Origin: an uncultured virus (IMG/VR IMGVR_UViG_3300008107_000013)
Lineage: Duplodnaviria > Heunggongvirae > Uroviricota > Caudoviricetes
IMG/VR virus record: IMGVR_UViG_3300008107_000013
Length of the DNA: 64,000 nt
Direction: 5' to 3' (one strand)
Positions 1 to 18,085 of the stretch are shown here, piece by piece. A model generated the notes under the pieces. The model worked only from the letters and a program-made list of their open reading frames with translations, did no database searches and was not told where the DNA came from. How positions within the stretch are numbered: position 1 is the first letter of the stretch; each line of letters opens with the position of its first letter. The position numbers were made by a program, and so were the translations under genes.

Positions 1-1856
<1,856 letters not shown>

Positions 1857-1889
1857 GGGATACCTTTAAGTTATTATACTTTATAATAT

Positions 1890-2354
1890 TTATTGAGGTG
1901 AATCAGGCCAATTAACGTCCCAAGGAAAGCCTTCTTGAAGTGGAATGTCCCTTAGTTGCTGTCTATAATTAGCCCATAAAACTGAATTAGCAGAGGTGTC
2001 AGAAAGTTGAGTCCAATCACAATGCACAAGTTTCTCATTTCTTTCTGCTCTTACCTCTAATTCTTTTTCCTGTAATACATTTTGTGTATCGGACAAAGTT
2101 AAATTTACTACACTCCAACTAGTCTCCCAGTTATTAGAATTAGAATTAAAAACACAACCATTAGCTATAACTTTTTGTGTTGCGTTATTGCAAACTGGAT
2201 AAGCTGTTAAAGAAACTTCTTTAACGTTATACTCTTCTAAGACAGAAGAAGGAATAGTTGAAGGAAAACTGACCCCTGGGTTGTCTTTTTTTAAATTACT
2301 TATTGTATACGGATAAGTAACAACCTCTTCATTTATAATAAGAGCATAGATCAT
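1890..2354 (-). CDS. Tail fibre assembly chaperone-like protein
   Basis: C-terminal motif RNEKL..CDWTQLSD..WANYRQQLRDIP.QEGFP..V.WP typical of phage tail assembly chaperones; lies next to fibre genes. Confidence 0.75.
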   Translation of the reverse strand: MIYALIINEEVVTYPYTISNLKKDNPGVSFPSTIPSSVLEEYNVKEVSLTAYPVCNNATQKVIANGCVFNSNSNNWETSWSVVNLTLSDTQNVLQEKELEVRAERNEKLVHCDWTQLSDTSANSVLWANYRQQLRDIPLQEGFPWDVNWPDSPQ

Positions 2355-2360
2355 TTGTAT

Positions 2361-2645
2361 CTATTCTTTCTTTTCTGTGTTCAGTTCGTTTATTTGATCT
2401 TGAATAACTTCTAACATAATTTGTGATTTACGTTGCTCTACGTAATGCTGGCTGAGAAGCTTTTCTAAATGATCTTTAAATTTGCACATTTCTATATCTA
2501 AAAAAGTATCGCCAGAATGAAATGTTTCGATTTTTTTAATTGCACGTAAAAAGTTATCTATATTAGTTTGATAGCTTGCTATTTCTCCTACTCGTATGTC
2601 TAGCTGCTCATTAAGCATTCCCAATTTTGTTTTTATTTCACTCAT
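2361..2645 (-). CDS. Hypothetical coiled-coil protein
   Basis: 94-aa ORF in the operon with an AAGGA Shine-Dalgarno. Confidence 0.6.
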   Translation of the reverse strand: MSEIKTKLGMLNEQLDIRVGEIASYQTNIDNFLRAIKKIETFHSGDTFLDIEMCKFKDHLEKLLSQHYVEQRKSQIMLEVIQDQINELNTEKKE

Positions 2646-2684
2646 TCTATTTTCCTTATTTTATTAATTATTAATACTCAATAT

Positions 2685-3865
2685 CTATGTAACCGAATAC
2701 GATGTTCCAAAAGCTAAAGATATACATGCTGAATTAGTTGGCGTACCGACAGAAGTTGCGATAGAATATTTTGTTCCAAACCCCGTATCATAACTCCACT
2801 GATAGGCGTGAAGATATGGTGAATTAGTTGATCTCATCAGCACCTCTCCGTCGTTATAAGAACTAACTATAGCAATACCGTTGCCGCCTGGCGTGGTGGC
2901 TGGATTGCTGTATAGCGTGCCAAAGCCTGTATCTTGATCCCATTTAACTGCGGCTATGTGACTTCCAACGTTACCAGTTGCAGATAAACCAAGAGCTAAA
3001 AATACTACATTTCCAGAATTAGAAAATGACATATCATTAACACCTGTCCAATAACTACCTGACGGTGTAGTGTATGAAGGGAACGAAGAACCTAGAGATT
3101 TATCGGCCCATCCCCAGGCGTATAATTTTGTAGAGGTAGCGGTTGAGTTTATTCCCAATGCTACTACATTTTGTGTTGGATGGAAAGCCATGCCTGTTGC
3201 TGATTGATTAACTCCCTGGTCAGTTAAATTTACAGTAGGAGTAGAACTATTTAAAACGTAAGGGGACGCACCTGTTGTAAAAATAATTGCTCGGTTACTT
3301 GTTTGTGAGCCTCCTAAAATAACAGAATTACTATCTTTATCCCATTTGCAACCATACCTGCCTCCGTTGCTCCATGACGCAGATTGATCCAACCAAACTA
3401 ATCCGGCACCAGCACCTGTACTAAAACTAAACAGCGTGAGAGTTGATGCGGTTGAGCTAGCAGTATTACCGTAAGCTGCAATAATGCCATGATTGTTAGC
3501 CATTCTTACTTGGTTAACAGGTCCTGGTGGTAAGGCGCCCGGGTTTGCATATTTTCCTCCCCATCCTCCTGCCATTGCATCAAAATTCCATAAATGGATG
3601 CGAGGGCTTGCGGTTGTTCCTGCTACAATTAAACCGCCGTTAGAACTTACATGCACACTGTTTACCGCTATAGCAATTCCTGAGAGCCCGGAATAGTCCC
3701 CCGCGGCTCCAAGACCAGCAGATGTCCAGGGATAGACTCTTATATAAGGAGAACCGCTCAGTCCTATGACTATAAACTGGGCATTTGGAGGGCTCGGGGG
3801 CCAAGTTTCTGGTTCCGGGGGGGGAGCTGAGACAGTAGCAGCAGCTGATGCTTTTTTACTTAACA

Positions 3866-3866
<1 letters not shown>
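2685..3866 (-). CDS. Beta-propeller-like virion/fibre-associated protein
   Basis: Repeated blades (SPYIRVYPW, SPRIHLWNF, SPYLHAYQW, GFGTKYS); start overlaps the stop of the collagen gene. Confidence 0.6.
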
Positions 3867-9100
<5,234 letters not shown>

Positions 9101-9127
9101 ATGCCGAGGCCCATCCTAACAATTTTG

Positions 9128-11152
9128 TTAGTAATTAATATCTCCTCTATGACGGGACGTCCAAATAACTAAATTGTATTTCGTGCCGGTATGTACCGTT
9201 CGACCTTCATGCCCATGTGTTACTTGTCCTGGCCATAGAATCATCTTCCCTACTTTTGTATTTATATTACTGGTATTCTGTCGGTAAAAATGTGTTTCTC
9301 CGCCAGTGTAACCATCGTTTAATTTAACCATTCCTGATACTAAAGATGCATCGTGATGGCATTTAAGATTAGATTGTGATTCTGGGTTATATTTAATAAT
9401 AAAGGCATCTCTTAGACCGTACATTAGAAGTGGAAACCAGTATTTTTCAATGGCTGGATTAATAACGTTCTTAAAATGTTCGTCTAGCGCATTCCAAAAT
9501 GCCATAGAAAATTCACGCACTCTTATTTCTTGCCCGGGGAACTTATCACCGTACATAGATTGCCATTTACCATTTGCTTCTGCGACCTCAATGAGCTTGG
9601 CACATGCGTCAGGCGTCATAAAATTCATTTCTAAGATATCAGGAGCAATTACTTCCAGTTGTCCGTCTGTAAGAAACCCATAGTTATTGGTTGATTGCGG
9701 TTTAGCTACAATAGCCGTAATAAGCTCATCAAGCTTGGCAATAGATTTTTCACCACCGTTTGCATGGACAATGCAAGGGCAACATTTTGTATTGGTATTT
9801 ACTAGCTGTTTGGATTTATTAATTTGAACGTCACTAAACGAATCAGCAAGACATTGAAAAAGATAGTTTTCATAATCCAATACTACATTTACATCATCTA
9901 ATTTTGATTTTAAAATTTGTTTCTGTAGGTAAAGCTGATCATCTTCATTGTCTTTAATTGGCTTATCAAACAATTTTTTTAACGCGCTTACATATCCAAT
10001 GTATAACCCACTATTAGGATATTTGTAATCAGTGTGGCTTTCAGTGAAGAATTGAGATAGGGATTTGTCTGGCCAGCAGGTCTTCTCAGTTGCTATTACT
10101 ATATCGCCTCTCATTTCTATAAATCGTTTTTTAATAGTGTCTGATGTCTCATTCAAAAACACATCGTAGCCATCAACAAAAAGTACAATATCATTTTCTG
10201 GAAGTGCATCTAGAGCTAACTTTACTAAATTTATTTTTTGTCCCCCACCCGGGTGGTTCATATCACCACCGGTCCATTCTATACCTTCACCAAGGTTGTT
10301 GTAGCTAATATTAAAGAAAGTACTACTTAAGGATAGATATTTTATTTTTTTACTATCAGTAGCAACAGTAAAAATATGCATTATTGGATCATTCTGTGTA
10401 GTGTATTCCATGTTAAATGTTTCGGTTGTTTCCATTTTTTCCTCGCTTATTTTTGGTCCGTTCTCAATATCAGAACCAAGTATAGAACGAGATACTTGGT
10501 TAAAAACAGGGTTTTTGTATGCTATAGATTTAATAGGAATTAACTCACTAAACAATTCTTGCAGTTGCTTAAAGTTATCCTTTATAATTCTATTGTTAGA
10601 TAGACAAGTTTTATCATAGTTAACACCGTTAATGAGCGGGTAGAATTCATCAACAGGTATTAAGTTTTCTTTATACTTTGATTTAATTATCCTCTTTGCT
10701 AGATCAGGCGATATGGCGTAAGCATCATTCCAATACGGGTAGTATGGCTTTACAAATCTATCATCCAAATTTTGACCTGTAAACATTTCTTTATGATCTA
10801 GATAGACTATGTCGTTATGATGTAAAAGTCTCTCTACTTCGTTCAAATTAAGATTACCGACAAGTCTTGCATCGTCTTCGAGAATGAGAACTGGCTCGTT
10901 ATTTACAGCACAATCACTCCACACTAAGAAGTGAGAAGCCATAGCTGCTATATCTGTAAGGGTATGAGGTCGACCAAGCATAGGATCAATCCATTTTCTA
11001 AATGGCTCAAACCCCATTGCTTTGAATTGTTCTAGAGAAGTGTTATGCCCATTAATGGCATTGTAGCGCGACCATTGAAAATCTTTGAGCTGTTCGCTCA
11101 TAAACTTTAATCGATCTGTTCTATGTTCTAAATTAATGACAACAATTTTCAT
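9128..11152 (-). CDS. Three-domain collagen-modifying enzyme: COLGALT-like GT25 + PLOD-type glycosyltransferase + 2OG-Fe(II) lysyl hydroxylase
   Basis: GT25 motifs INL..R.DR, DP..GRP, SH, LEDD, YW..AY.IS, PVDEF.P; PLOD-GT motifs GGGQK, FVDGYDV, EK.CWPD, NSG.YIG, DDQL, VHANG; hydroxylase motifs HHDAS, Y.GG.T.F, WPG..TH.HEG..V..GTKY. Confidence 0.88.
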   Translation of the reverse strand: MKIVVINLEHRTDRLKFMSEQLKDFQWSRYNAINGHNTSLEQFKAMGFEPFRKWIDPMLGRPHTLTDIAAMASHFLVWSDCAVNNEPVLILEDDARLVGNLNLNEVERLLHHNDIVYLDHKEMFTGQNLDDRFVKPYYPYWNDAYAISPDLAKRIIKSKYKENLIPVDEFYPLINGVNYDKTCLSNNRIIKDNFKQLQELFSELIPIKSIAYKNPVFNQVSRSILGSDIENGPKISEEKMETTETFNMEYTTQNDPIMHIFTVATDSKKIKYLSLSSTFFNISYNNLGEGIEWTGGDMNHPGGGQKINLVKLALDALPENDIVLFVDGYDVFLNETSDTIKKRFIEMRGDIVIATEKTCWPDKSLSQFFTESHTDYKYPNSGLYIGYVSALKKLFDKPIKDNEDDQLYLQKQILKSKLDDVNVVLDYENYLFQCLADSFSDVQINKSKQLVNTNTKCCPCIVHANGGEKSIAKLDELITAIVAKPQSTNNYGFLTDGQLEVIAPDILEMNFMTPDACAKLIEVAEANGKWQSMYGDKFPGQEIRVREFSMAFWNALDEHFKNVINPAIEKYWFPLLMYGLRDAFIIKYNPESQSNLKCHHDASLVSGMVKLNDGYTGGETHFYRQNTSNINTKVGKMILWPGQVTHGHEGRTVHTGTKYNLVIWTSRHRGDINY

Positions 11153-11170
11153 ATCAGTTCATTCTATAGG

Positions 11171-11422
11171 TTAGTATTCTCCTCCATCTAGTTGCACGGC
11201 TTTAATTTCGTACGAGTTAGTATTAGCATTATATACAACTGTCTGTCCATCCAAGCGCACACCTGAGGAAGTAATGTTAATCAAGTCTTCCAATCTTAAT
11301 TTTGCTGCACCCACACCTGTTGTATTTCTAAGCGTAATAGGTGTAGTGGTTTGTATTTTACCAGAGTTACTTACGCTAACCTGAACTACAATACCTTTGT
11401 TATTTCTTGCTGTAATCGCCAT
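11171..11422 (-). CDS. Small hypothetical virion protein
   Basis: 83-aa ORF ending LDGGEY, a trimer-type motif common in T4-like fibre proteins. Confidence 0.55.
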   Translation of the reverse strand: MAITARNNKGIVVQVSVSNSGKIQTTTPITLRNTTGVGAAKLRLEDLINITSSGVRLDGQTVVYNANTNSYEIKAVQLDGGEY

Positions 11423-11423
11423 G

Positions 11424-11756
11424 CTATCTCGTTACATTAGGAGTGACAGTTGCAATACCTTCAAGAATTCTAAACACCTCGCTGGTATTAGCTTGAGTTA
11501 CTTCAACATCAAAAACATATCTTCCTGCGGTGAGGTTAGCTGTTGCATTTGCTGTTAGCCCTAACGTAATTTCACCATTAGCTGCAACTACAGAAACAGT
11601 AAATGCTACGCTATTAGAAGACGTATAATGCTTTCTTAACTGGGCAGCCCCTGTATAGCCGGTAAGATCATACACAACCCCTGAATCATCCGCAAGGGTG
11701 ATAGTAGTTTCGTAAGTGGTACCTTGATCTATAACTATGTTTGCTTTAGCTGCCAT
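11424..11756 (-). CDS. Conserved small Ig-like structural protein
   Basis: ANIVIDQG..DLTGYT..AQLRK.Y..GRYVFDVE..RILEG..TVTP.VT pattern seen in T4-like phages. Confidence 0.65.
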   Translation of the reverse strand: MAAKANIVIDQGTTYETTITLADDSGVVYDLTGYTGAAQLRKHYTSSNSVAFTVSVVAANGEITLGLTANATANLTAGRYVFDVEVTQANTSEVFRILEGIATVTPNVTR

Positions 11757-11761
11757 ATGTA

Positions 11762-11769
11762 TATTTATG
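11762..11769 (-). promoter_or_regulatory. T4-type late promoter variant (CATAAATA)
   Basis: CATAAATA lies 5 nt upstream of the ATG at 11756. Confidence 0.5.
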
Positions 11770-11780
11770 TTTGTGTTTAA

Positions 11781-13625
11781 TTAAGCTGATGCGTCAGGAA
11801 AGTTTCTAGGATTTTCACCCCAACTTATTGCAGCAAAACCTGAAGTGCCGCCTGGAGGGTTTGTAGCGCTGTTTATTCCTCCTGAGCCTTTACCATAAGA
11901 ATCCGCACCGGCACCATCCATATAGCTATTAGTTGAAACTGAAGGTGCTTGAAATGCTCCATTGGCAAAAAATCTTGCGTAGCCTGCTCCCTGAGTTTGA
12001 CTATTATTATAAGTAGCAGTTGAATATCCTGCGCCGCCTGCTTTAGCACCTCCACCGCTTCCTCCACGAGTACCAAAATCATACGCAGTTCCAAAAGCAC
12101 CTCCAGCTGCTCCAGAGGTACCTCCGTTAGGAGCTACCGGGTACAATCCAGTACCGGCATTTCCTTTGTTAAAGGTAGCACCGGTGCCGCCTACTCCCGC
12201 CGGTCCTCCTGCGCCTCCTCCCCCTCCTCCTGAAATTGATTTTTGCGTAAGAGAGTCTCTCCAAGATAAAGCTGGAACTCCTGTTCCTCCGTTTCCTCCT
12301 CGGTAGCCAGCGGATGCATAAGGAGGATCACCTTGAAAATAGAACGACCCTGTGGGGGTAACAATAGTTGTGCTACCACCTGCTCCTCCTGCAGAATCAG
12401 GTGGAGTATAATTATTTGTACCTACGGTGTTGTTTGAAACTGATTGACCTCCACCGCCCCCGCCGGCGCTTGCAATTATAACACCGTTCTTTTTAATATA
12501 ACTTGCTTGACCACTTTCTGAATACCCCCCCTTTGTAGTTGCCATTGCCGAGCCTCCAGCACCTGCATAAAGAGTAAGAATATCTCCTGCACTGCAGGGA
12601 TAACCTCTCGCCCATAAAAACCCTCCACCTCCACCTCCTCCACCCCATTGTGCGTTGTTAACTGCAGTAGTAACTCCACCTTTGCCACCTCCCCCACACA
12701 ACATTAGATTAAAACTTGTAATAGTGGCTGGTACAGTATAAGAAGCTTCTGATGCAGATAGTCGTAAAACGGTAAAAGAAGGCTTAGTTACAACAAATGT
12801 ACTAGTAGCAGTAGTTACAATACCAGATATAGGGGCGGTAGCTTGCCAATTTACAGTGTACGTTCCTGCGTAGGCAACAAGGCCGGTTCCAGTATAATGA
12901 GTAGTATTAGCTTTAGTCCAGGTAACACCAGACAGAAAACCAGATGTTAATAAAAGATTAGCATTTTTATTAGCAGAAACTGTAAAAGAGGAGGGCGTAG
13001 TACTTCCAACCACGCTTACTGTGCCTACATTACCGGATATTGTTGGTGTGTTAGGGGTAATAGTTATGGAGTATGTTTTTGTAACCGTAATACCTGTAAC
13101 AGGAGCTACTGCTTGTATAGTAACATTGTATGCTCCATTAACACCTAGAGTGCCAGAGTAAGTAGCAGTGTTTGCGTTTGAATTAGTAAATGTGAGTCCG
13201 GGAAAACTTCCTGATGATATTGATATGGTTGCACCTTCAGATGCAGAGAAAGTTACAGACTTACTTGTATTTGTTTCACCGGATGATACTGTTGTGCTAG
13301 CTGGAAATATTTCTGGGGTGTTTGGAATAATGGTTATACTGTGGGTGTTTGATCTTTTAATATTTGTACCAGAAATAGCTATAGAAGATGTAAAATTAAA
13401 GGTACCGTAAACAGAGGGTGTTCCAGTAATAGCTCCAGTAGATGCATTTATAGATAGACCGGCAGGTAGTCCTTCTGCTGTATAGGTGATGCCCCCTCCA
13501 GCTACTCCTGTAATACTTCCATTAGAATAAGCATAGGCAGCCTTTCCTTGTCCAATTGACGTTGAAGTATAGATAGGTATTTGTGTTTTAAAGGCTGATT
13601 GTGAGCCTTGTGATGTTAAAGCCAT
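11781..13625 (-). CDS. Fibre/receptor-binding protein with Ig-like repeats and a glycine-rich C-terminal domain
   Basis: GLPAGLSINASTGAITGTP Ig-like motif; C-terminal GGGGGGG-rich domain typical of phage adhesins. Confidence 0.7.
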   Translation of the reverse strand: MALTSQGSQSAFKTQIPIYTSTSIGQGKAAYAYSNGSITGVAGGGITYTAEGLPAGLSINASTGAITGTPSVYGTFNFTSSIAISGTNIKRSNTHSITIIPNTPEIFPASTTVSSGETNTSKSVTFSASEGATISISSGSFPGLTFTNSNANTATYSGTLGVNGAYNVTIQAVAPVTGITVTKTYSITITPNTPTISGNVGTVSVVGSTTPSSFTVSANKNANLLLTSGFLSGVTWTKANTTHYTGTGLVAYAGTYTVNWQATAPISGIVTTATSTFVVTKPSFTVLRLSASEASYTVPATITSFNLMLCGGGGKGGVTTAVNNAQWGGGGGGGGFLWARGYPCSAGDILTLYAGAGGSAMATTKGGYSESGQASYIKKNGVIIASAGGGGGGQSVSNNTVGTNNYTPPDSAGGAGGSTTIVTPTGSFYFQGDPPYASAGYRGGNGGTGVPALSWRDSLTQKSISGGGGGGAGGPAGVGGTGATFNKGNAGTGLYPVAPNGGTSGAAGGAFGTAYDFGTRGGSGGGAKAGGAGYSTATYNNSQTQGAGYARFFANGAFQAPSVSTNSYMDGAGADSYGKGSGGINSATNPPGGTSGFAAISWGENPRNFPDASA

Positions 13626-13630
13626 AATGA

Positions 13631-16606
13631 TTAACCGTAAGGATTAAGTTGTCCTGTTACTGTCCAGGCGGATCCTATTCTATAAAATGTTAAGAATAGG
13701 ATATCTATCTTGTTTGCAGTAAAGGGAGGAGATGACCCTCCTAACCATTTAACCGTTTGAGAGGCACCACCAACCTGAATCACACTTGGTCCATACGCAA
13801 CTGCACCTTGAACTAGAATTACCACTGCAGTTACTGCATAACCTGAAGTGGTAGGCACGTTAGTAAAATTGGCCGTCCAGTTAGCAGATTGACTTGTAAC
13901 GTAGAATAGAGAGCCTGACTGTGTATTGAGTGCTACCGTACCTGCAGGGGTAGCAAGCTCGGTGACTGCTTCTTGTACACCCTCAATATCAATGTAGTCA
14001 TTAAACACTACAGGGGTATTGAATGTATTAGGAGTGGCACCGGTAATTGTAATATTACCTGAACCGTCAGAACTTACGGTCGTAAGTCCAGATCCTAATA
14101 TCTTGATCTCAGCATTAGATCCATCACCGCTGGTAATATTCAGCTGAACATTGGCTGATGATGTGTTTGATGCGGATGCTACAGTGTATAGGGTAGTTTG
14201 ACCTTTTTGGCCCTTATCTCCTTTAACCCCTGTTACGTCGTAAGTAGATGAGTCAGAGTTAGTAAATACAATAGTATTGTTAGCGTCAGTATACACGGCG
14301 TTAGAAGTACGCTCTCCTTTTTGACCCTTAACACCGTTTACAGTAAATGTACTACTACTTTGATTTGTAAACGTTATAGTATTATTAGCATCAGTATAAA
14401 CGGCGTTAGCTACTTCGCCAACTTCACCCTTCTGACCTTTTTCACCTTTAACACCAGTTACGTTGTATGTTGAAGAATCGGAGTTAGTAAATACAATTGT
14501 GTTATTAGCGTCAGTGTAGACAGCACTTGATGTTCGCTCACCCTTTACACCTTTTACACCGGTAACACTATACGTTGATGAATCAGAGTTTGTAAATACA
14601 ACAGTGTTGTTTGCGTCAGTATAAACGGCATTGGAGGTTCGCTCGCCCTTCTGACCTTTAAGCCCATTAATGTGAAATACAGAACTATCTGAATTAGTAA
14701 ATACTGTAGTGTTATTTGCATCGGTATAAACAGCAGAAAAAACGCGTTCGCCTTTTTGACCTTTAACACCAGTTACATTGTACGTTGATGAATCAGAATT
14801 AGTAAATATAATTGTGTTATTACCATCATAGTATTGAGCGTTAGAAGTCCGTTCTCCTTTTTGACCCTTCTCACCTTTCTCGCCCTTCTCACCTATCTCA
14901 CCTTTTTGACCCTTTTCACCTTTAGTACCCGCTGGCCCTATCTCTAAAGCAAGTACAGCTCCAGATGGAAACTGACTATCATAGCCAGTTGCTACAGCAT
15001 TAACGTTAAATTGCTTATTTGTTGTTTGACCGGCACTTACTACGTTAGCAATATTATAGATAACTGTCTGCGCTGTATTAGCAACGTTTCTAATTGTAAT
15101 AAAGCCTTTATTAGTGGTATTACCATAATTATTAAAGTATTCAAAATAAGCTTGATTGTTTACAGATTCACGGTCTATACTTCTAATAGTAATAGCAGTA
15201 ACACTGGTAGGAGTAGAGTTATTAAATATTAAAGAAGATGCTGGAGGAACAGAACCTGACTCTGTAGTAGCTGTATTAAAGGTATAAAATATGCCTCTAG
15301 AATCACCCTTCTGACCTTTTACTCCATTGACATCAAACGTAGAAGAATCAGAGTTTGTAAATATAATAGTGTTATTGGCGTCAGTATAAGAAGCACTACT
15401 TACCCGATCCCCTTTGCTTCCTTTATCACCCTTAACTCCAGTAACAGTGAATGTGCTACTGCTTTGATTTGTAAACGTTATAGTATTATTAGCATCGGTG
15501 TAGGTTGCGTTTGCAATTTCACCTACCTCGCCCTTTTGACCTTTTTCACCTTTCTGTCCTTTAACACCGTTGATGTCAAACGTTGCTCCGTCAGAGTTTG
15601 TAAACGTTACTGTATTATTTGCATCAGTGTAGACAGCATTAGATGTGCGCTCGCCCTTTTGACCTTTTTCACCCTTCTCTCCTTTTTGACCTTTTTGGCC
15701 CCCTATGGAATACTCAAGGAAGATAATTTCGTTTGCATCAAAATTAGATCCACTTGTTACTAGATGTGTTACGGGGAAAGAATAAAAGAGTGTATTAGAT
15801 ACAACATTGATACTACTGTCAAGGCTAAAAGTAACAAAATTGGTTGGATTTTCAGCTGATCTAAAAGTTAAAATAGCTTTAGGGGTACTGTCTGTATTAT
15901 CAAGTATCTTTAAAAATTCACTAATATCAGTTGTACCCAATTCCTGTACTGATACTGTGATGGTATTAGCTAATGAATAGACAGCATCATTAAATTTAAT
16001 CTTACCGACACCGGGTGTAACAGATACATCAGCATTAGTATTAAAGCTGTAGACCATATGATTGTATGATCTAAGCGGAAAGTAGTAAGTACCGTCGTTA
16101 GTATATTTCCAAGTGTTTGTGGTTTCATCCCACAACATAAACACGTTGGCTTGATTGCCTCTGTTAACGCCAATTGTTACATTAGACGATGGTGAGTCGC
16201 CGGGATCAATTCCTGAATTTAAAAGAAGGCTTGTGGTTTCAGTTTCTATCGCACCGGTAATAACTGTGTTACCTGTAACTAAAAGATCACCAGTAACCGA
16301 TACGGTACTATTGTTTACCGTTAACTTTACTGCACCTGCCGCAACGTTTAAGCCACCATTTGCAACTAAAATGCCCCATGTGCTAGAATTAGTTACGCTA
16401 AGGCCGCCGTTTGTAATAGTAACCGTATTTCCAACAGTCATCTTACCTGCAATATTTGCAGATACATTATTATTGGCTGAAGATATTACAAGGCTGTTGT
16501 TACCGGATATGCTAACGTTACCTGAAAAGGTAGCTGAATTAGCAAACGAGGATGATCCTACTACGTCAAGACCGTTCTTGACTCTAAAATTTTGCGTGTC
16601 TGACAC
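13631..16606 (-). CDS. Tail fibre protein with short collagen segments and nine YTDANNT repeats
   Basis: N-terminal QNFRVKNGL motif; repeat unit YTDANNT..FTNSDSSTY.VTGVKGQKGE. Confidence 0.8.
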   Translation of the reverse strand: MSDTQNFRVKNGLDVVGSSSFANSATFSGNVSISGNNSLVISSANNNVSANIAGKMTVGNTVTITNGGLSVTNSSTWGILVANGGLNVAAGAVKLTVNNSTVSVTGDLLVTGNTVITGAIETETTSLLLNSGIDPGDSPSSNVTIGVNRGNQANVFMLWDETTNTWKYTNDGTYYFPLRSYNHMVYSFNTNADVSVTPGVGKIKFNDAVYSLANTITVSVQELGTTDISEFLKILDNTDSTPKAILTFRSAENPTNFVTFSLDSSINVVSNTLFYSFPVTHLVTSGSNFDANEIIFLEYSIGGQKGQKGEKGEKGQKGERTSNAVYTDANNTVTFTNSDGATFDINGVKGQKGEKGQKGEVGEIANATYTDANNTITFTNQSSSTFTVTGVKGDKGSKGDRVSSASYTDANNTIIFTNSDSSTFDVNGVKGQKGDSRGIFYTFNTATTESGSVPPASSLIFNNSTPTSVTAITIRSIDRESVNNQAYFEYFNNYGNTTNKGFITIRNVANTAQTVIYNIANVVSAGQTTNKQFNVNAVATGYDSQFPSGAVLALEIGPAGTKGEKGQKGEIGEKGEKGEKGQKGERTSNAQYYDGNNTIIFTNSDSSTYNVTGVKGQKGERVFSAVYTDANNTTVFTNSDSSVFHINGLKGQKGERTSNAVYTDANNTVVFTNSDSSTYSVTGVKGVKGERTSSAVYTDANNTIVFTNSDSSTYNVTGVKGEKGQKGEVGEVANAVYTDANNTITFTNQSSSTFTVNGVKGQKGERTSNAVYTDANNTIVFTNSDSSTYDVTGVKGDKGQKGQTTLYTVASASNTSSANVQLNITSGDGSNAEIKILGSGLTTVSSDGSGNITITGATPNTFNTPVVFNDYIDIEGVQEAVTELATPAGTVALNTQSGSLFYVTSQSANWTANFTNVPTTSGYAVTAVVILVQGAVAYGPSVIQVGGASQTVKWLGGSSPPFTANKIDILFLTFYRIGSAWTVTGQLNPYG

Positions 16607-16639
16607 TAGTTTCCCTTTCCACTAGCTAATGGCTTTATG

Positions 16640-18085
16640 TTATTTAGTAGTAGTTCTCACTAGTTTATAGTTAATATTATTTGCTGTAGCCAAGGCAGAC
16701 GCTGTTGCGTATAATCTAACATGTGTTGTATTTGCATTAGCACTGAACTGTACGAACTCTGATCCGGTTGTATAAACTGTACCATACTCAGTTGTATAAA
16801 CCAGCTGATTTCCAAACACCGCATTAATTTCTGTCATCAATATATTGTTTGCGGTAGTATTGTCCTGCGCTGTTATGGTATATTTAGCTGATTGATATGT
16901 TGCTACTGCGAACGTATCCACTAAAGTCCCAGTAACTGTATCCGTATGAATAACATTAGATGTATTAGAAACTAAAGAGACTCTGTCAGAGAAGGTAATG
17001 CTGTTAGCAAATATTGCTTCGCCCTCTACATCAATGCTCCCATCAATAGTAGTATTACTTGAAATGTAAGCCTGACCAGTAACGTGAAGCTGGTACGTTG
17101 GAGTACTATTTTGTACCCCGATATTACCGTTTGCAGCTATAAAAATATAGCCTCCATCACCGTGCTCTGAAACTAACTTTAAGTGATTATTATTACCGGA
17201 TTTAATTATAGATGTATTACCGTTTCCGTCACCAGAGGCCGCTGTAACTTCTATTTGAGCGTTATATGCAGAGTTTTCAAAAGATGCTAGAGAGTGTGTT
17301 GTGTTAGATTCTTTTACGTGTACTGGAAAGGTTGGTGTGTTATGGCCAAAAGCAGCGTGTCCGGCTACGCTATCAATAAAGAGTGTATTAGCGGCAAAAT
17401 TAACGTTACCAGTTATTTGATGAAGCGTGCCGGTTAAGCTTAAATTACTTCCAATAGTAATAGAAGAGGTATTGACGGTCAGATTAGATACAGTACTATT
17501 ACTTTGTAGTACAAGCGTATTGGCGGTGTTATAACCTCTAAGAGCTGTATCACCAACTACAATAGTAGTATTTGAATAAAGTGTAGTAGAAACAGCATTG
17601 ACTACCGCGTCGGTAGCAACTGCGTTTATGTAATGGCCTGTGGTATTAGCAAAGACAGAAATAGTGCTTACCGATGAGTTTGCTTTTAGTAGAGTATTAC
17701 CAGTAATAGTAGATACTGAATTAACAGCAACCGTACCTGTTGTAATAGTTGTATTAGCGGTTATGTTTAAGCTGTTAGAAGATACGTTAGCAGCATACCC
17801 GTTTATTGTAACATTGGATGAAACTGTACTGTTGGCAAAACCAACTGCTAATGTTCTATAAGTAGCTGTGTTGCCAGATGTACCGCCTTTAATTAATTCT
17901 GCACCTATCGTATTAGCATGCACGATGCCAAGCACATTAGTATTACCAGAGGTATTAGCGCCTATGGTAGTGTTACTGGCCGTAAGAATTTCTGTTGAGA
18001 GAGCAACAGTAAGTTCGTTTGTCTTATTAACTAAAGTAGCAAACGTATCGGTTGCAATATCTATTTGTGTAACTGTTCTTGACAT
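16640..18085 (-). CDS. Fibre/whisker-like structural protein
   Basis: N-terminal TDTF..LVNKTNEL motif, Asn/Thr/Ser-rich beta repeats, C-terminal VDTF..ATYQSAKY..TEYG domain. Confidence 0.7.
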   Translation of the reverse strand: MSRTVTQIDIATDTFATLVNKTNELTVALSTEILTASNTTIGANTSGNTNVLGIVHANTIGAELIKGGTSGNTATYRTLAVGFANSTVSSNVTINGYAANVSSNSLNITANTTITTGTVAVNSVSTITGNTLLKANSSVSTISVFANTTGHYINAVATDAVVNAVSTTLYSNTTIVVGDTALRGYNTANTLVLQSNSTVSNLTVNTSSITIGSNLSLTGTLHQITGNVNFAANTLFIDSVAGHAAFGHNTPTFPVHVKESNTTHSLASFENSAYNAQIEVTAASGDGNGNTSIIKSGNNNHLKLVSEHGDGGYIFIAANGNIGVQNSTPTYQLHVTGQAYISSNTTIDGSIDVEGEAIFANSITFSDRVSLVSNTSNVIHTDTVTGTLVDTFAVATYQSAKYTITAQDNTTANNILMTEINAVFGNQLVYTTEYGTVYTTGSEFVQFSANANTTHVRLYATASALATANNINYKLVRTTTK

